Shown in pieces: positions 18,182-27,386 of a stretch of DNA of 64,000 nt. Each line of letters starts with the position of its first letter. The stretch's first letter is position 1. The stretch is from a virus. Lineage: Duplodnaviria; Caudoviricetes. The notes under the pieces are model-generated. The model ran no database searches. It was not told where the DNA came from and worked only from the letters and a program-made list of their open reading frames with translations. The stretch lies in the IMG/VR virus record IMGVR_UViG_3300028581_000010. One strand, 5' to 3'. Position numbers and translations under genes: made by a program.

Positions 18182-19275
18182 TGAACATCCTTAAGAGGAA
18201 CTACATAGAGGGCGAGGCAACGGTTGGAGCCAGCTTCGGAGGAACGTGGAAGGTAGCTATTGTTAACGCCAGCACTGGTGCGGTGCACCACCCTTTCGGT
18301 GATAAGTTTCGTCATAACCTCATTCTCAATCAAGGATTAGATCTGTTTGTAGGGTCAGCCACATATTATAATGACAGCAGTGTAGGCGGGGCCACGGCGG
18401 CACATCTGGTCTCCACATTGTCTCGAGCAGGTGTAGGCACATCCACTACGGCGGCAGCAAATAGTCAGACAGGTATACAGGCAGGCGCGGTATACACTCA
18501 AACAGCCACATCTGGGTTTAATCACAGCACTACTGATGATACGGGTGCAGGCTCCAGGACATTTGTCCGCTCATATGACTTTGCACCGGTTGCCTCACCG
18601 GTAACATACAACGAGGCGGTCATTGAAGCCCAACGACAAAATATAGGTGCCCTGTATGCATATTCACGCTTTGTGTTTCCGAGCGGTGTATCTTTAGTAG
18701 CCGGACAGTTTCTACGACTTTCTTACGCATTAAAAATTACTGTCCCCTGTATTGTGACTCCGATTAATGTAACGATCAGTAATGGAGGCTTCACAGGAGA
18801 CGGTACTATAAAGCTTGTAGGCACCTTCAACACAATTTTTGGTTCATTAAACTCGTCCACTGCTGTGGTGGGAGATAATGGCTATGGGTGGAAAAACTTT
18901 CTACCGTTTTGGAATGGTAATAGTACTAGTGGCACTGGAGGCAACAACCGGTTAGCTATGTTAAGTAGCGCAGCCGACTTCCCGGCTGTAGGTGTGGCAC
19001 CTTCGTTGGCGCTTGCCACAAACTCGTCTCATGTGCCCCCTGCCAGTATTACAACAGGAGTATATACAGCTGGGTCAGGTACCCGGGATGCCTCCTATCT
19101 AGTCGCTGCAGGCAACCCATCAGCTACGTCAACCCTTGGCGGGCTTCTGCTCTATACGGATTCTGCGAGCAACCGACTAACAAGTGGGTATCTGTGGAAG
19201 TTTACCACACCGCAATCCAAGGCAGATACAAAGGCGCTCGTACTAGGTATGAGAGTAACAATCACAAGAGGCTAA
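18181..19275 (+). CDS. Virion structural protein (paralog B)
   Basis: Tandem paralog of 17081-18181. Confidence 0.75.
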   Translation: MNILKRNYIEGEATVGASFGGTWKVAIVNASTGAVHHPFGDKFRHNLILNQGLDLFVGSATYYNDSSVGGATAAHLVSTLSRAGVGTSTTAAANSQTGIQAGAVYTQTATSGFNHSTTDDTGAGSRTFVRSYDFAPVASPVTYNEAVIEAQRQNIGALYAYSRFVFPSGVSLVAGQFLRLSYALKITVPCIVTPINVTISNGGFTGDGTIKLVGTFNTIFGSLNSSTAVVGDNGYGWKNFLPFWNGNSTSGTGGNNRLAMLSSAADFPAVGVAPSLALATNSSHVPPASITTGVYTAGSGTRDASYLVAAGNPSATSTLGGLLLYTDSASNRLTSGYLWKFTTPQSKADTKALVLGMRVTITRG

Positions 19276-19556
19276 TGGCTAACAAGGTACAAGAATACAA
19301 CGCCGATGGTAAGAAGCTCGTGGGCTTTCTCTGCCCAGGCTGCAACACAGTACATGTGGTCAACGTAGATACTACTTCTCGTCCAGCATGGTCATTCAAC
19401 GGTGACTTAGAGCATCCTACATTTTATCCCTCCCTTCTAATGAACCTAGCCGGGCTAGTCTGCCATTCTTTTGTTAGAAACGGGCTCATTGCCTTCATGG
19501 GTGACTGCTCCCATGACCTGAAAAATAAAACAGTCGAGCTGGGCGATATTGATTGA
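19275..19556 (+). CDS. DUF6527-like small Cys/His protein
   Basis: FLCPGC...H...WSFNGD...PTF.PSLL...CHSFV..G.I.F..DC.H pattern; start set at MANKV. Confidence 0.7.
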   Translation: MANKVQEYNADGKKLVGFLCPGCNTVHVVNVDTTSRPAWSFNGDLEHPTFYPSLLMNLAGLVCHSFVRNGLIAFMGDCSHDLKNKTVELGDID

Positions 19557-19581
19557 TTTTGGCTTCAGCCAGCGGTAACAT
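19549..19581 (+). promoter_or_regulatory. Possible sigma70 promoter for the lysis cassette
   Basis: TTGATT-17 bp-TAACAT, 6 nt before the ATG at 19588. Confidence 0.4.
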
Positions 19582-19587
19582 ACAGGT

Positions 19588-19821
19588 ATGAAAAATACAG
19601 TACTGATTCTATTCATGTTCCTCGTCGGTTGCTCTTCGTGGCACAAACCACTACAAGCTCCAGGAAGAACTGCACCACCTCCTGCAAGCACAACAAACCT
19701 CAACGAGCAGATCAACACACTAGATACGGCTCTACGTAACGCTACGACAAGAACGGATCGCATTCGCCTGCTTGTGGACGCACTGTCCTTCAAAGACGTA
19801 ATTACTCCTGAAAAAAGATGA
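19588..19821 (+). CDS. Lipoprotein, candidate o-spanin
   Basis: Lipobox LVG|C, Pro-rich linker, then helix; first gene of the lysis cassette. Confidence 0.6.
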   Translation: MKNTVLILFMFLVGCSSWHKPLQAPGRTAPPPASTTNLNEQINTLDTALRNATTRTDRIRLLVDALSFKDVITPEKR

Positions 19822-20315
19822 AAGCCATATATGCCGCAATAGCCATGGTGTTCTGTGCCATGCCCGCCCATGCGCTGACTAACGCACAAATCAGAGACCA
19901 GCTAAAAATAGAGATCACAGGTCTACAGACAGAGCTGACTACTGCAACCAAGACCAACGAGGCGCTTAAGAAAGAGCGCGATGTAATTCAGCAATCGCTG
20001 GATAGTATGCGCACCTGGGGTATGGACCAACAGACAGCGGCTACGACATACTTCAACGAACGTGAAGCTGCAGTGAAAGCACATGAGGCCGAGCGTAAGG
20101 CGCATCTGGCTACCATAGACAGATATCATAGACTGAAGCTGTTGTGTTCGTTGCTGACAGGTATGTTCGCAATGATCTTCTATCTAAGAAGCAACGGCAC
20201 TGGTGCTATTCTTAGCTCTGTGTCTGCCCTATCTCCTTATGCGGGTATCGTCAAGATACTTGCACCTATTCTCGTATTTGTGGCTGGCTTTTTAGTCATT
20301 TGGCTACCTCTCTAA
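19818..20315 (+). CDS. Periplasmic coiled-coil membrane protein, candidate i-spanin-like
   Basis: Signal peptide (AHA|L), coiled coil, two C-terminal TM helices. Confidence 0.5.
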   Translation: MKAIYAAIAMVFCAMPAHALTNAQIRDQLKIEITGLQTELTTATKTNEALKKERDVIQQSLDSMRTWGMDQQTAATTYFNEREAAVKAHEAERKAHLATIDRYHRLKLLCSLLTGMFAMIFYLRSNGTGAILSSVSALSPYAGIVKILAPILVFVAGFLVIWLPL

Positions 20316-20319
20316 GTAT

Positions 20320-20775
20320 ATGTGGACCAAGATTGTCGAATTCAGTAAGAACATTACCTGGCCCCTAGCGCCTGGTATACATCCACCACATGCAACAGAG
20401 GAGCTAGCTAAGTCGATGGATAGCACTGCACATCTGATGTCGAAGAAGTTCTTTATGACTTTCTTTGCATTGCTGTTGGTGACTGGTTTCTTCTTCGCTG
20501 CCGTAGGCTTGCTGTTCATGCTCCCTACAGACGCAGCAATTGCAGGCATGGTTACCATGTTTGTAAAGATCGCGGAGATCGTTGCAATGATCGTATCCGT
20601 TATGATACTTGGGCAGTCTGCTGTTGACCTCAAGTACGGCAGCAACAACAGCACTAACTATAACACAAACACTGTCACCGAGGAAAAAGAGAGCAACATC
20701 AAAAAAGAGATTATCTCGAATACTAAGGAAGACGACTACAGTATTTCAATGGACGACGTATATGAATCCGAGTAA
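20320..20775 (+). CDS. Candidate holin
   Basis: Two TM helices and a charged C-terminal tail; directly upstream of the endolysin. Confidence 0.55.
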   Translation: MWTKIVEFSKNITWPLAPGIHPPHATEELAKSMDSTAHLMSKKFFMTFFALLLVTGFFFAAVGLLFMLPTDAAIAGMVTMFVKIAEIVAMIVSVMILGQSAVDLKYGSNNSTNYNTNTVTEEKESNIKKEIISNTKEDDYSISMDDVYESE

Positions 20776-21361
20776 AGAAGGCATCGATTTTATCATAGAG
20801 TGTGAGACAGGCGGCAAGAGCTACTACGAGCAGGTATACAAGAACACGTTCTGCTGGCCAGGCGAATCCTCCGGGCCTACCGCAATGGTTGGCATAGATT
20901 GTGCCTACTATTCACCCAAGGAGCTCAGAGAGATCTTCGGCCCCTATACCTCACAGCAGGAGCTGGATCTTATTCTAGGCGCAGTCGGCAAGACAGGTTC
21001 CGCTGGAGCCTCCTATACAAAGAAGCTCAAGGGCATCACCTTTACCTGGGACGAGGCTATGGAGGTCTTTAAGAAGTATACCGTACCCAAGTTCTCGGCG
21101 CTCACAGAGAAGGCCTTTCCTGGCGTCTACGAGCTCTGTCCTGACGCCCAGGCAGCCGTACTATCCATTGTATTCAACCGCGGCGTAAAGATGTCTGGTG
21201 ACAGGCGTTTAGAAATGCGCTCTTTAAGAGATGCCGTGGCAGCTAAAAGCTACAAAGGTATGGCCAGCTCCATCCGCGGGATGAAGCGTTTATGGCCAGA
21301 TACCCCGAGTCTACGTAGACGCAGGGAGCAAGAAGCCTTGCTAGTAGAGAAGTGCGCTTAA
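20762..21361 (+). CDS. Endolysin, pesticin-like/T4-lysozyme-fold muramidase
   Basis: MNPSKEGIDFIIECETGG...WPGESSGPT..GID...AVLSIVFNRG...RRREQEA; start set at 20762. Confidence 0.75.
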   Translation: MNPSKEGIDFIIECETGGKSYYEQVYKNTFCWPGESSGPTAMVGIDCAYYSPKELREIFGPYTSQQELDLILGAVGKTGSAGASYTKKLKGITFTWDEAMEVFKKYTVPKFSALTEKAFPGVYELCPDAQAAVLSIVFNRGVKMSGDRRLEMRSLRDAVAAKSYKGMASSIRGMKRLWPDTPSLRRRREQEALLVEKCA

Positions 21362-21609
21362 TTACGATCGCTATCTGCGTCGTGACTCTCTTCATCGCGT
21401 AATGCACAATTACGCAGATGTTTTTGCATTGCAGACACTTGCGCATCTGCATAGTTTAGGACACCAAGCTGGACAACAGGGTTATCAAAGCTCTCATATG
21501 ACTCGAGATTTCCTAGCTCATTGCAGACAACCAAGTAGTATCCTCTCGAGAACTCATTGAGCTGTTCGAGGAATTGTTTGGGTAGTTTGAATCCAGTTCT
21601 TTCTTCCAT
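21358..21609 (-). CDS. Hypothetical protein
   Basis: MEERTGFKLPKQFLEQLNEFSRGYY...; preceded by TGC-TATACT extended -10. Confidence 0.65.
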   Translation of the reverse strand: MEERTGFKLPKQFLEQLNEFSRGYYLVVCNELGNLESYESFDNPVVQLGVLNYADAQVSAMQKHLRNCALRDEESHDADSDRN

Positions 21610-21638
21610 ATTCCTTAAGTATAGCATAACTGCTAGCT

Positions 21639-21663
21639 AAAAAAAGGAGATATTGCACTCCTT
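21639..21663 (-). terminator. Intrinsic terminator
   Basis: AAGGAG-TGCAATAT-CTCCTT then a T-run. Confidence 0.65.
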
Positions 21664-21680
21664 TAATGTCTTTGTGCTGA

Positions 21681-22142
21681 CTATTTGTAAGCGTCCCCCG
21701 TGGAGACATAGCACGGCATTGCAGCCCGCTCAGCGTCAGACAACCGACGGAAGAACTCAGCCTCCGTAATTTCGTTTCCCTTCCTCCACGACTGCAGCGG
21801 AAAGTACTTGCGTTTATACTCGTAGGCGTACTTTGCACCACCCGAGAACTCACAACTCCAGGTCTGCTTGAAGTTCAGATCCCTGTAGAGCTCCCCGCTG
21901 TTTTTATAGCGGCTCCGTACCCACTTCCAAATTTGGGCACGCACGTTCTCCGGAACGTCGCCGTCATCCTGCATCACACGTTCCTCTATCGGAGGCTTGC
22001 GGTTTGCGAAGCTTATTGTACCGAGCTGTCCACCCAACTCATGTACAAGATCTGTAGCTGCTGCGGCTATGCTTGGTGCTGCCGACCTCAAACTGTTGGT
22101 CACCAGACTGAATCCCTTGGTGTGTAGTGCCGCTAGAGCCAT
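21681..22142 (-). CDS. Hypothetical protein
   Basis: 153-aa ORF. Confidence 0.6.
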   Translation of the reverse strand: MALAALHTKGFSLVTNSLRSAAPSIAAAATDLVHELGGQLGTISFANRKPPIEERVMQDDGDVPENVRAQIWKWVRSRYKNSGELYRDLNFKQTWSCEFSGGAKYAYEYKRKYFPLQSWRKGNEITEAEFFRRLSDAERAAMPCYVSTGDAYK

Positions 22143-22173
22143 ACTTTTTGCACACCCAGTTCGCGCTTTTGAA

Positions 22174-22473
22174 TCATCCTTTGGTTTTTTCCCTTTGTCC
22201 AGAAGCTTTTGTTTTCTTTAGCCTCGCGATTTCCTCGCGCAGGCTCTTGTTTGTTTCGTCCAACACTAACACTTTTTCCCGGTGAATCTCACGCCGGTCG
22301 CGCTCTTCCTGACTTATGTATTTCAAGAACTGTCCGAAGAGCAGGACAGTCAGTAGCAGCACCATCAACCCAATGAATATCTTGGGAGTGCCGCAAGTGA
22401 AGCCCGCCAACTCAAGGGCTCCCCAGATTATCAGCAATAGGTTTGTTATGGCAAGCTTGTTCATTGTATGCAA
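22174..22473 (-). CDS. Small membrane protein with C-terminal coiled coil
   Basis: Two TM helices. Confidence 0.65.
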   Translation of the reverse strand: MHTMNKLAITNLLLIIWGALELAGFTCGTPKIFIGLMVLLLTVLLFGQFLKYISQEERDRREIHREKVLVLDETNKSLREEIARLKKTKASGQREKTKG

Positions 22474-22517
22474 GGGGCGGCCGGGAATTACACCCGACCA
22501 CCCCTGCGGTTAAGGGC

Positions 22518-23492
22518 TTACTTGCGCGTGCGCTCGACAGCTGCAACAGCTGCCTGCGCTGCGATCTCTGCAATCACCTCAGCAGAGAACGCCCCGCCGA
22601 AGCGGTTCTGTTTCTGCTGGTGGTTGCGCTGACCGCCCTTCTGGGGCTTGCGCCCCTGATGGGGCTTGCTGACCTCGCCTGACTTCGGCACGTGCATGCC
22701 GATGTTCACGAAGGTCTCCTCGAGGCCATTGCAGGCGACGCGGTCGCGATCCAGACCGGGGTACCAGGCCATCAAGCACTGGTCCTCGATACGGACTTTG
22801 AACGTCACCGCCTGATACCGGCGGACACTCTCGGCCGAGACCGAGGACTCCGTCCCAGGGCCAAACGGCTGCATCTGCCTGCACACTAAGAAGGTGGCAG
22901 GCGCAACGCCTTTCTTCCAGGGCCGAGTGACGTGCACACGAACCCCTTCATGCATGAAGTAATGTGGAGGGATATCCCTCACCATTACACTCGGCACACG
23001 AACCTCATAACCCTGAGGCAGGGTGGCGCGGACGAGCAGCATCTTGCTGCTGTCATGCCCGCAGTATCCCGTCTCCTGGGTTGCTTCGGCAATTGAGCCG
23101 ATGAAGGCCTCGAAGTCATCCTGCTCCAGGACTTGAGACTTCTTGCCGTCGATCGTTTGGAACAACCCAACTCCAGGGCGGTTCGTGATCGATTGCTGAT
23201 GGGGCAGCCACGAGGGGCGCCACTGGGCGGCCGGAATCGAGGCCCGGCGGCGGACTTCGTTCATGTAGGCTGCACGGATCAGGTCCGCATCATCACACAC
23301 GCCGGAGTGAGCCGGAGTGGGGTTGATGTTGACGATCGGTTCCATGGTAGCCGTGTGGGTTGTTTCGGGTTGGATGATGAGATCCTCGTCCGACGCACGT
23401 GCGTGGATGGACTCAGCGCCTAGGTCAATGCCGTGTTCGGCTGCGAGACGGTTTTGCTCCGCCTCTTCTTCTTTGGTCAGTTGGATGGCCAT
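22518..23492 (-). CDS. Hypothetical protein
   Basis: 324-aa ORF, visibly more GC-rich than its flanks. Confidence 0.7.
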   Translation of the reverse strand: MAIQLTKEEEAEQNRLAAEHGIDLGAESIHARASDEDLIIQPETTHTATMEPIVNINPTPAHSGVCDDADLIRAAYMNEVRRRASIPAAQWRPSWLPHQQSITNRPGVGLFQTIDGKKSQVLEQDDFEAFIGSIAEATQETGYCGHDSSKMLLVRATLPQGYEVRVPSVMVRDIPPHYFMHEGVRVHVTRPWKKGVAPATFLVCRQMQPFGPGTESSVSAESVRRYQAVTFKVRIEDQCLMAWYPGLDRDRVACNGLEETFVNIGMHVPKSGEVSKPHQGRKPQKGGQRNHQQKQNRFGGAFSAEVIAEIAAQAAVAAVERTRK

Positions 23493-23564
23493 GCGAGTTT
23501 TATGTTGGTTTTGTGGTTTTGCGTTAGTTTAAAAAAGCCAGTGCCCAATAGGACAAAGTCTTCT

Positions 23565-23580
23565 TCAAATTATTATACCA
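23565..23580 (-). promoter_or_regulatory. TGGTATAATAATTTGA promoter motif
   Basis: Recurrent motif. Confidence 0.55.
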
Positions 23581-23611
23581 GCTTTTGCTGGACGCTGCTT
23601 ATTCGCTAGCT

Positions 23612-23652
23612 AAAAAAAGGTGCGCCAGATTGATTTCTCTCTCTGACGCACC
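23612..23652 (-). terminator. Intrinsic terminator
   Basis: GGTGCGTCAGA...TCTGGCGCACC then TTTTTTT. Confidence 0.75.
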
Positions 23653-23675
23653 TCCGCACCACAACCAAATCTCTT

Positions 23676-23691
23676 TCAATGTATTATACCA
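23676..23691 (-). promoter_or_regulatory. TGGTATAATACATTGA promoter motif
   Basis: 16-bp identity with 43529-43544. Confidence 0.55.
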
Positions 23692-23694
23692 CTT

Positions 23695-24156
23695 TTATTC
23701 GGTTTCGTGGTCCACAGGATGCATGTCCTGCAGGTAGTTCTCGAGTGTGGTTATCGAGAGGCCAAGCTCCTTGAAGAAGATTCCACCGCTACCACCGTAG
23801 TAGCCTTCATATTGCTCCTGTATAACAAATATGGCACGGCTGCCCTTGCTCATAAAGCAGTAGCCCTCCATATCCGATAGAGAGGCAGCTGCAATGAGAT
23901 ACTCCGCATACGCCTTTGTCTTCTTGAAGGCCTTGGCGCTCAGTGTATAGGGGCTATCTATTACGTTGGACTCTCCCAGCGTGATGTCTCTATACGTACC
24001 GTCAGTCAACTGATGGAGAGGTATGGTGAACTGAATCTCTCCAGCGTGCCACTCTATACCTTTCTCCGTCAGCTGCTTAAGTGCTTTCTTCGAGACGCCG
24101 AAGTGCTTGTATACTTGTGTGAGAATCTTGGAGCGTGTGAGGTTTAGTTTAGACAT
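23695..24156 (-). CDS. Hypothetical protein
   Basis: 153-aa ORF. Confidence 0.65.
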   Translation of the reverse strand: MSKLNLTRSKILTQVYKHFGVSKKALKQLTEKGIEWHAGEIQFTIPLHQLTDGTYRDITLGESNVIDSPYTLSAKAFKKTKAYAEYLIAAASLSDMEGYCFMSKGSRAIFVIQEQYEGYYGGSGGIFFKELGLSITTLENYLQDMHPVDHETE

Positions 24157-25232
24157 TGGAATAGAAGCTTCTTCATATCATCGTTATCCAGTGTACCTCC
24201 GTCAAGCAATTTAAATGCGAAGCCTGCACGGTTCGTATTGCCGTAGGCCTGCGTAATTGCCAGAGCCGCTTCCTTGCGCCCCGAGCGCTCCTTACCATCG
24301 AAGCCACGTACAAACTGCTCCATGTGTGTCGTTATTCTGTTAACCGTCACCATGGCATCACATATCTTGGAGGCATCTGCCGAGGCTCTGAGCATGCACT
24401 CGAAGTCCAGCTCGTCCTGCAGGTAGGCCATGAAGTCTATGTAATGCGGTCTGCCCTGTTGAAGGTACAAGTCGATGACTCGCTCCACAGAGTAGTCAGA
24501 CTTGAACCGGTGCTTAGCCAGGTAGTCGTCACTCTTGACCTTCTTAATGTCCTGATCGTTATGGTAGTATATGCAGTAGCCCTCGATGCCCAGCACGGTC
24601 TTCATTTCATCCGTAAGCTTGTACAGGTCGCTGTACGTGGCTGTCTTAGGTCTCTTGAGCTTGTACTCCCGCGCAATCTGATCCAGCTCGTGCTGCGGCA
24701 GATACGAATAGTCCAGGTGCTGCACAACACCAACCAGACGTATGTCTGGAATAGCGCCGTAGTCCAGCACTATGACGTTTGTAGGAGTAGTGAACTCATA
24801 CAGAAACGTGTACTGCTCGGAGTTAATCTGAGGGTTGTCGAACGCCATAGGATAGAAGTCCTTGAGCAACTGTAGCTCATCGGCGTTTGCTTGCTCGGCA
24901 AAATCTACCGTACCCCTCGTGCGCACTATCTCATGCCCCTTGTGTTTGGAGACGATGAGGCACGTGCCGTCGAGCTTCTCCACGACTGTGCACTTCTCCA
25001 GCGACACCGGATCGGCGCATATATGAGGAGCTTCACCCAGGTTAAAGAATTTTTTGAAACCCAGAGAGACAGGCTTGCCGTCTCTTGTCCACATGCTTGA
25101 TCTGTAGATCATATTCTCTGCGCCCCACTTGACGCCTATCTTCGTTGGGTAGACCAGATAGAGCTCCTCGCCCTTTATGACTCTGGTCTTAACCGCAAAT
25201 TCCTGTTCTTTGAGTTTCTCTAAGTTAATCAT
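24144..25232 (-). CDS. RNA ligase, T4 Rnl1-like
   Basis: FKKFFNLGE, motif I EKLDGT, FLYEF, motif IV IEGY, motif V KVKSDDY. Confidence 0.85.
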   Translation of the reverse strand: MINLEKLKEQEFAVKTRVIKGEELYLVYPTKIGVKWGAENMIYRSSMWTRDGKPVSLGFKKFFNLGEAPHICADPVSLEKCTVVEKLDGTCLIVSKHKGHEIVRTRGTVDFAEQANADELQLLKDFYPMAFDNPQINSEQYTFLYEFTTPTNVIVLDYGAIPDIRLVGVVQHLDYSYLPQHELDQIAREYKLKRPKTATYSDLYKLTDEMKTVLGIEGYCIYYHNDQDIKKVKSDDYLAKHRFKSDYSVERVIDLYLQQGRPHYIDFMAYLQDELDFECMLRASADASKICDAMVTVNRITTHMEQFVRGFDGKERSGRKEAALAITQAYGNTNRAGFAFKLLDGGTLDNDDMKKLLFQCLN

Positions 25233-25561
25233 TGTTGTATGTGTTCCTCTATCGCTGCGTCAAACTCTTCCGGGCGGCATTGGATAATATCGGCAAGTGC
25301 CTCTGTTCTGTAATCACTCTCCTCAGGAGCCTCGGGTAGGCCTGCCTCTTCGTTAGCCTCCTGAAGCGCATCACGAGCCTCGTCTGTAAGAAAACCGAAG
25401 CGTGGTCCTATCGCATAGGCCAACGCATCAGCCGCCTTATCAAGATCCCTGACGGCTTTACGCAGCTCCTTTGCCTGGGCCTTGTGTACCCAGTACTCTC
25501 TGTTAACCTCCTTGCAAATAGCTACTTGCGCAGGAGTAAGAACTAACGGAATGTTATCCAT
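25229..25561 (-). CDS. Hypothetical protein
   Basis: 110-aa ORF. Confidence 0.6.
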   Translation of the reverse strand: MDNIPLVLTPAQVAICKEVNREYWVHKAQAKELRKAVRDLDKAADALAYAIGPRFGFLTDEARDALQEANEEAGLPEAPEESDYRTEALADIIQCRPEEFDAAIEEHIQQ

Positions 25562-25817
25562 GTACTTTGTAGAGCTTGCGCTTACTCAGCACGAAGTTTG
25601 TATTGGCGTGCTGCTTCAGATCCAAAGGGGCCACTACTCGCGCCCCTATGTGCACGTGCATGATGCCTGGCGTAGTAGAGGCATTCTCGGGAGGAACCGA
25701 CATAACCCACTGCAATGGTCGCGGAGGGTCGAATTCATATACGCCAGGGACTTTAAACAACTCCTTGCATTTAAAGTTCTTAAGCAGTGTACTGCTCGTA
25801 TCTGGTGATTGTCTCAT
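25554..25817 (-). CDS. Hypothetical protein
   Basis: Start set at MRQSPD. Confidence 0.5.
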   Translation of the reverse strand: MRQSPDTSSTLLKNFKCKELFKVPGVYEFDPPRPLQWVMSVPPENASTTPGIMHVHIGARVVAPLDLKQHANTNFVLSKRKLYKVHG

Positions 25818-25995
25818 CAAGCTCCTCCTCGTCTGTGTTGTAAACCAGATCAAATATCAGGTTCTCTTCACGTCCCTCCTCCACCTGTACTACGTTGAGT
25901 AATGCATGGTAGATGAAGTCTTGCTTGGCGGAAAGCTCAGCAATCTTTGCGCTTGCTTCCTTAACTGCTTTTCTTTGGCTGTCTGTTAGTTTCAT
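25780..25995 (-). CDS. Hypothetical protein
   Basis: 71-aa ORF. Confidence 0.6.
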   Translation of the reverse strand: MKLTDSQRKAVKEASAKIAELSAKQDFIYHALLNVVQVEEGREENLIFDLVYNTDEEELDETITRYEQYTA

Positions 25996-26297
25996 TTTGG
26001 TTGTTTCTTTTTCTTTGGTGCTTTAGGTGGTCTGGGATGGTGCTCCTTGAACATGTACTCCATGTCGGCGTCACCATACCAATCGTCCACAACGTACTCC
26101 GCAGCGGTCTCATCAATTTCTAGAAGGCCATGCGCTCTGCAATGGGCGACGGCGTCCTTAGAGAGTTTCATCTGAACTTCGTCAAGTGCATTGGCCTTGT
26201 CTCTTAACTCCTGGGTTATTTCATCGAGCTGCCTGTACGCCTTTCTTGCATTGCGCAAGATGCTCTCTATCTCTGGGTTACAGTATCCAAGTCCCAT
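25992..26297 (-). CDS. Hypothetical protein
   Basis: 101-aa ORF. Confidence 0.6.
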   Translation of the reverse strand: MGLGYCNPEIESILRNARKAYRQLDEITQELRDKANALDEVQMKLSKDAVAHCRAHGLLEIDETAAEYVVDDWYGDADMEYMFKEHHPRPPKAPKKKKQPK

Positions 26298-26303
26298 ATA
26301 ACA

Positions 26304-26519
26304 CTAGGGCAGAGAATGCCCGCAGTAGGGGCAGAAGCGCTGCGGTGTATTCGTTTCCACAGGTACAGGAGCACCCATGGGGTTAGCGTAATAGCGCGTA
26401 TGCTTCTTCTTGGTCACGTCTACTATATTAGGTATAGCTATTGAAACTATGATTGCGATTACAGATATCACCACGAGCAGCTCGAGGAGACTAAATGCTT
26501 TGTGTTTAAGTTTTTTCAT
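26304..26519 (-). CDS. Miniature prepilin-like (type IV pilin N-methylation motif) protein
   Basis: KHKA|FSLLELLVVISVIAIIVSIAIP is a class III signal with F1 and E5; C-terminal CPYCG. Confidence 0.8.
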   Translation of the reverse strand: MKKLKHKAFSLLELLVVISVIAIIVSIAIPNIVDVTKKKHTRYYANPMGAPVPVETNTPQRFCPYCGHSLP

Positions 26520-26706
26520 TGTCGTTCGTTAAAAAGTATTCGATGTCGGCGTGTGCCAGCTTTAAAGCTCGTTGCTTTTCATCTTTGGTCTTGTAGCTGA
26601 ACTTGCATGTGCTGACTTGCATAAGTTTTCCATCCACATTTTCACATATAGCTTCCACGTAGACAACAGCTCCGTCATCGCGTGCATTTGTTTCGATTAT
26701 TTTCAT
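26506..26706 (-). CDS. Hypothetical protein
   Basis: 66-aa ORF. Confidence 0.55.
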   Translation of the reverse strand: MKIIETNARDDGAVVYVEAICENVDGKLMQVSTCKFSYKTKDEKQRALKLAHADIEYFLTNDNEKT

Positions 26707-26709
26707 TGT

Positions 26710-27249
26710 TTAAGTTGGTGGGCAGAGTAGCATATGCTGCTCCGCATGACAGTTGCGGCACAGTATTTGCAGGTTATTTAAGTCGGAGTTACGCCTATTT
26801 TTATCTTTATGGTGCACTTCTAGCAATTTGGGGAATTTATCATAACTACATAACTCACAGCAGCTTGCTTTATGTTTAAACGCCTTAGCTCTATAGCGGC
26901 TGTAGCCTTCTTCCCCAAGGGTCCCGTAGTGCTCGGGTAAAAACTCCAAGGGGCCACCTACGTGCTGCGCACTAGCCCTACAGGTATTAGAGCAAAAGTA
27001 TAAGCCGCTTTTAGATAGCTTCAACCTACGCGGTGAGCGGTATAGTGCTTTTGCGCAAGCTGCGCACTTTACGTTACTACCCATCCGTTCTTTTCTTTCA
27101 GCTGTTTCTTTTTTACGACGGGCTGCTATGTCCTCTCGGACACAAGCAGCAGAGCAGTATAGCCCCCAACCACGGGCCACATCTCTGGCGGTGGTTAAGA
27201 AGGATTTAGAACAGCGCTTACAGTTTCTGTGTACATTTTTCGTTAACAT
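26710..27249 (-). CDS. HNH homing endonuclease with N-terminal Zn fingers
   Basis: CELC...LEVHHKDKNRRNSDLNNLQILCRNCHAEQH; own promoter TTGTGA-16-TATATT. Confidence 0.85.
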   Translation of the reverse strand: MLTKNVHRNCKRCSKSFLTTARDVARGWGLYCSAACVREDIAARRKKETAERKERMGSNVKCAACAKALYRSPRRLKLSKSGLYFCSNTCRASAQHVGGPLEFLPEHYGTLGEEGYSRYRAKAFKHKASCCELCSYDKFPKLLEVHHKDKNRRNSDLNNLQILCRNCHAEQHMLLCPPT

Positions 27250-27315
27250 AACTACGAATATACACGGTAGATAGAAAATCACAATCTAAATCTGCGTCTA
27301 CCCTGTTGGAAAGAA

Positions 27316-27386
27316 TGGGAGGTGAGGGGATCGAACCCCCGCTTTCTCCGTGTAAAGGAGACTCGCTACCATTACAACAACCCCGC
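27316..27386 (-). tRNA. tRNA-Val(UAC), 5' half overlapping the HNH gene end
   Basis: Loop TT-TAC-AC in stem TCTCC/GGAGA; canonical T-arm; acceptor has a C2:C71 mismatch and the D-stem is weak. Confidence 0.75.
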
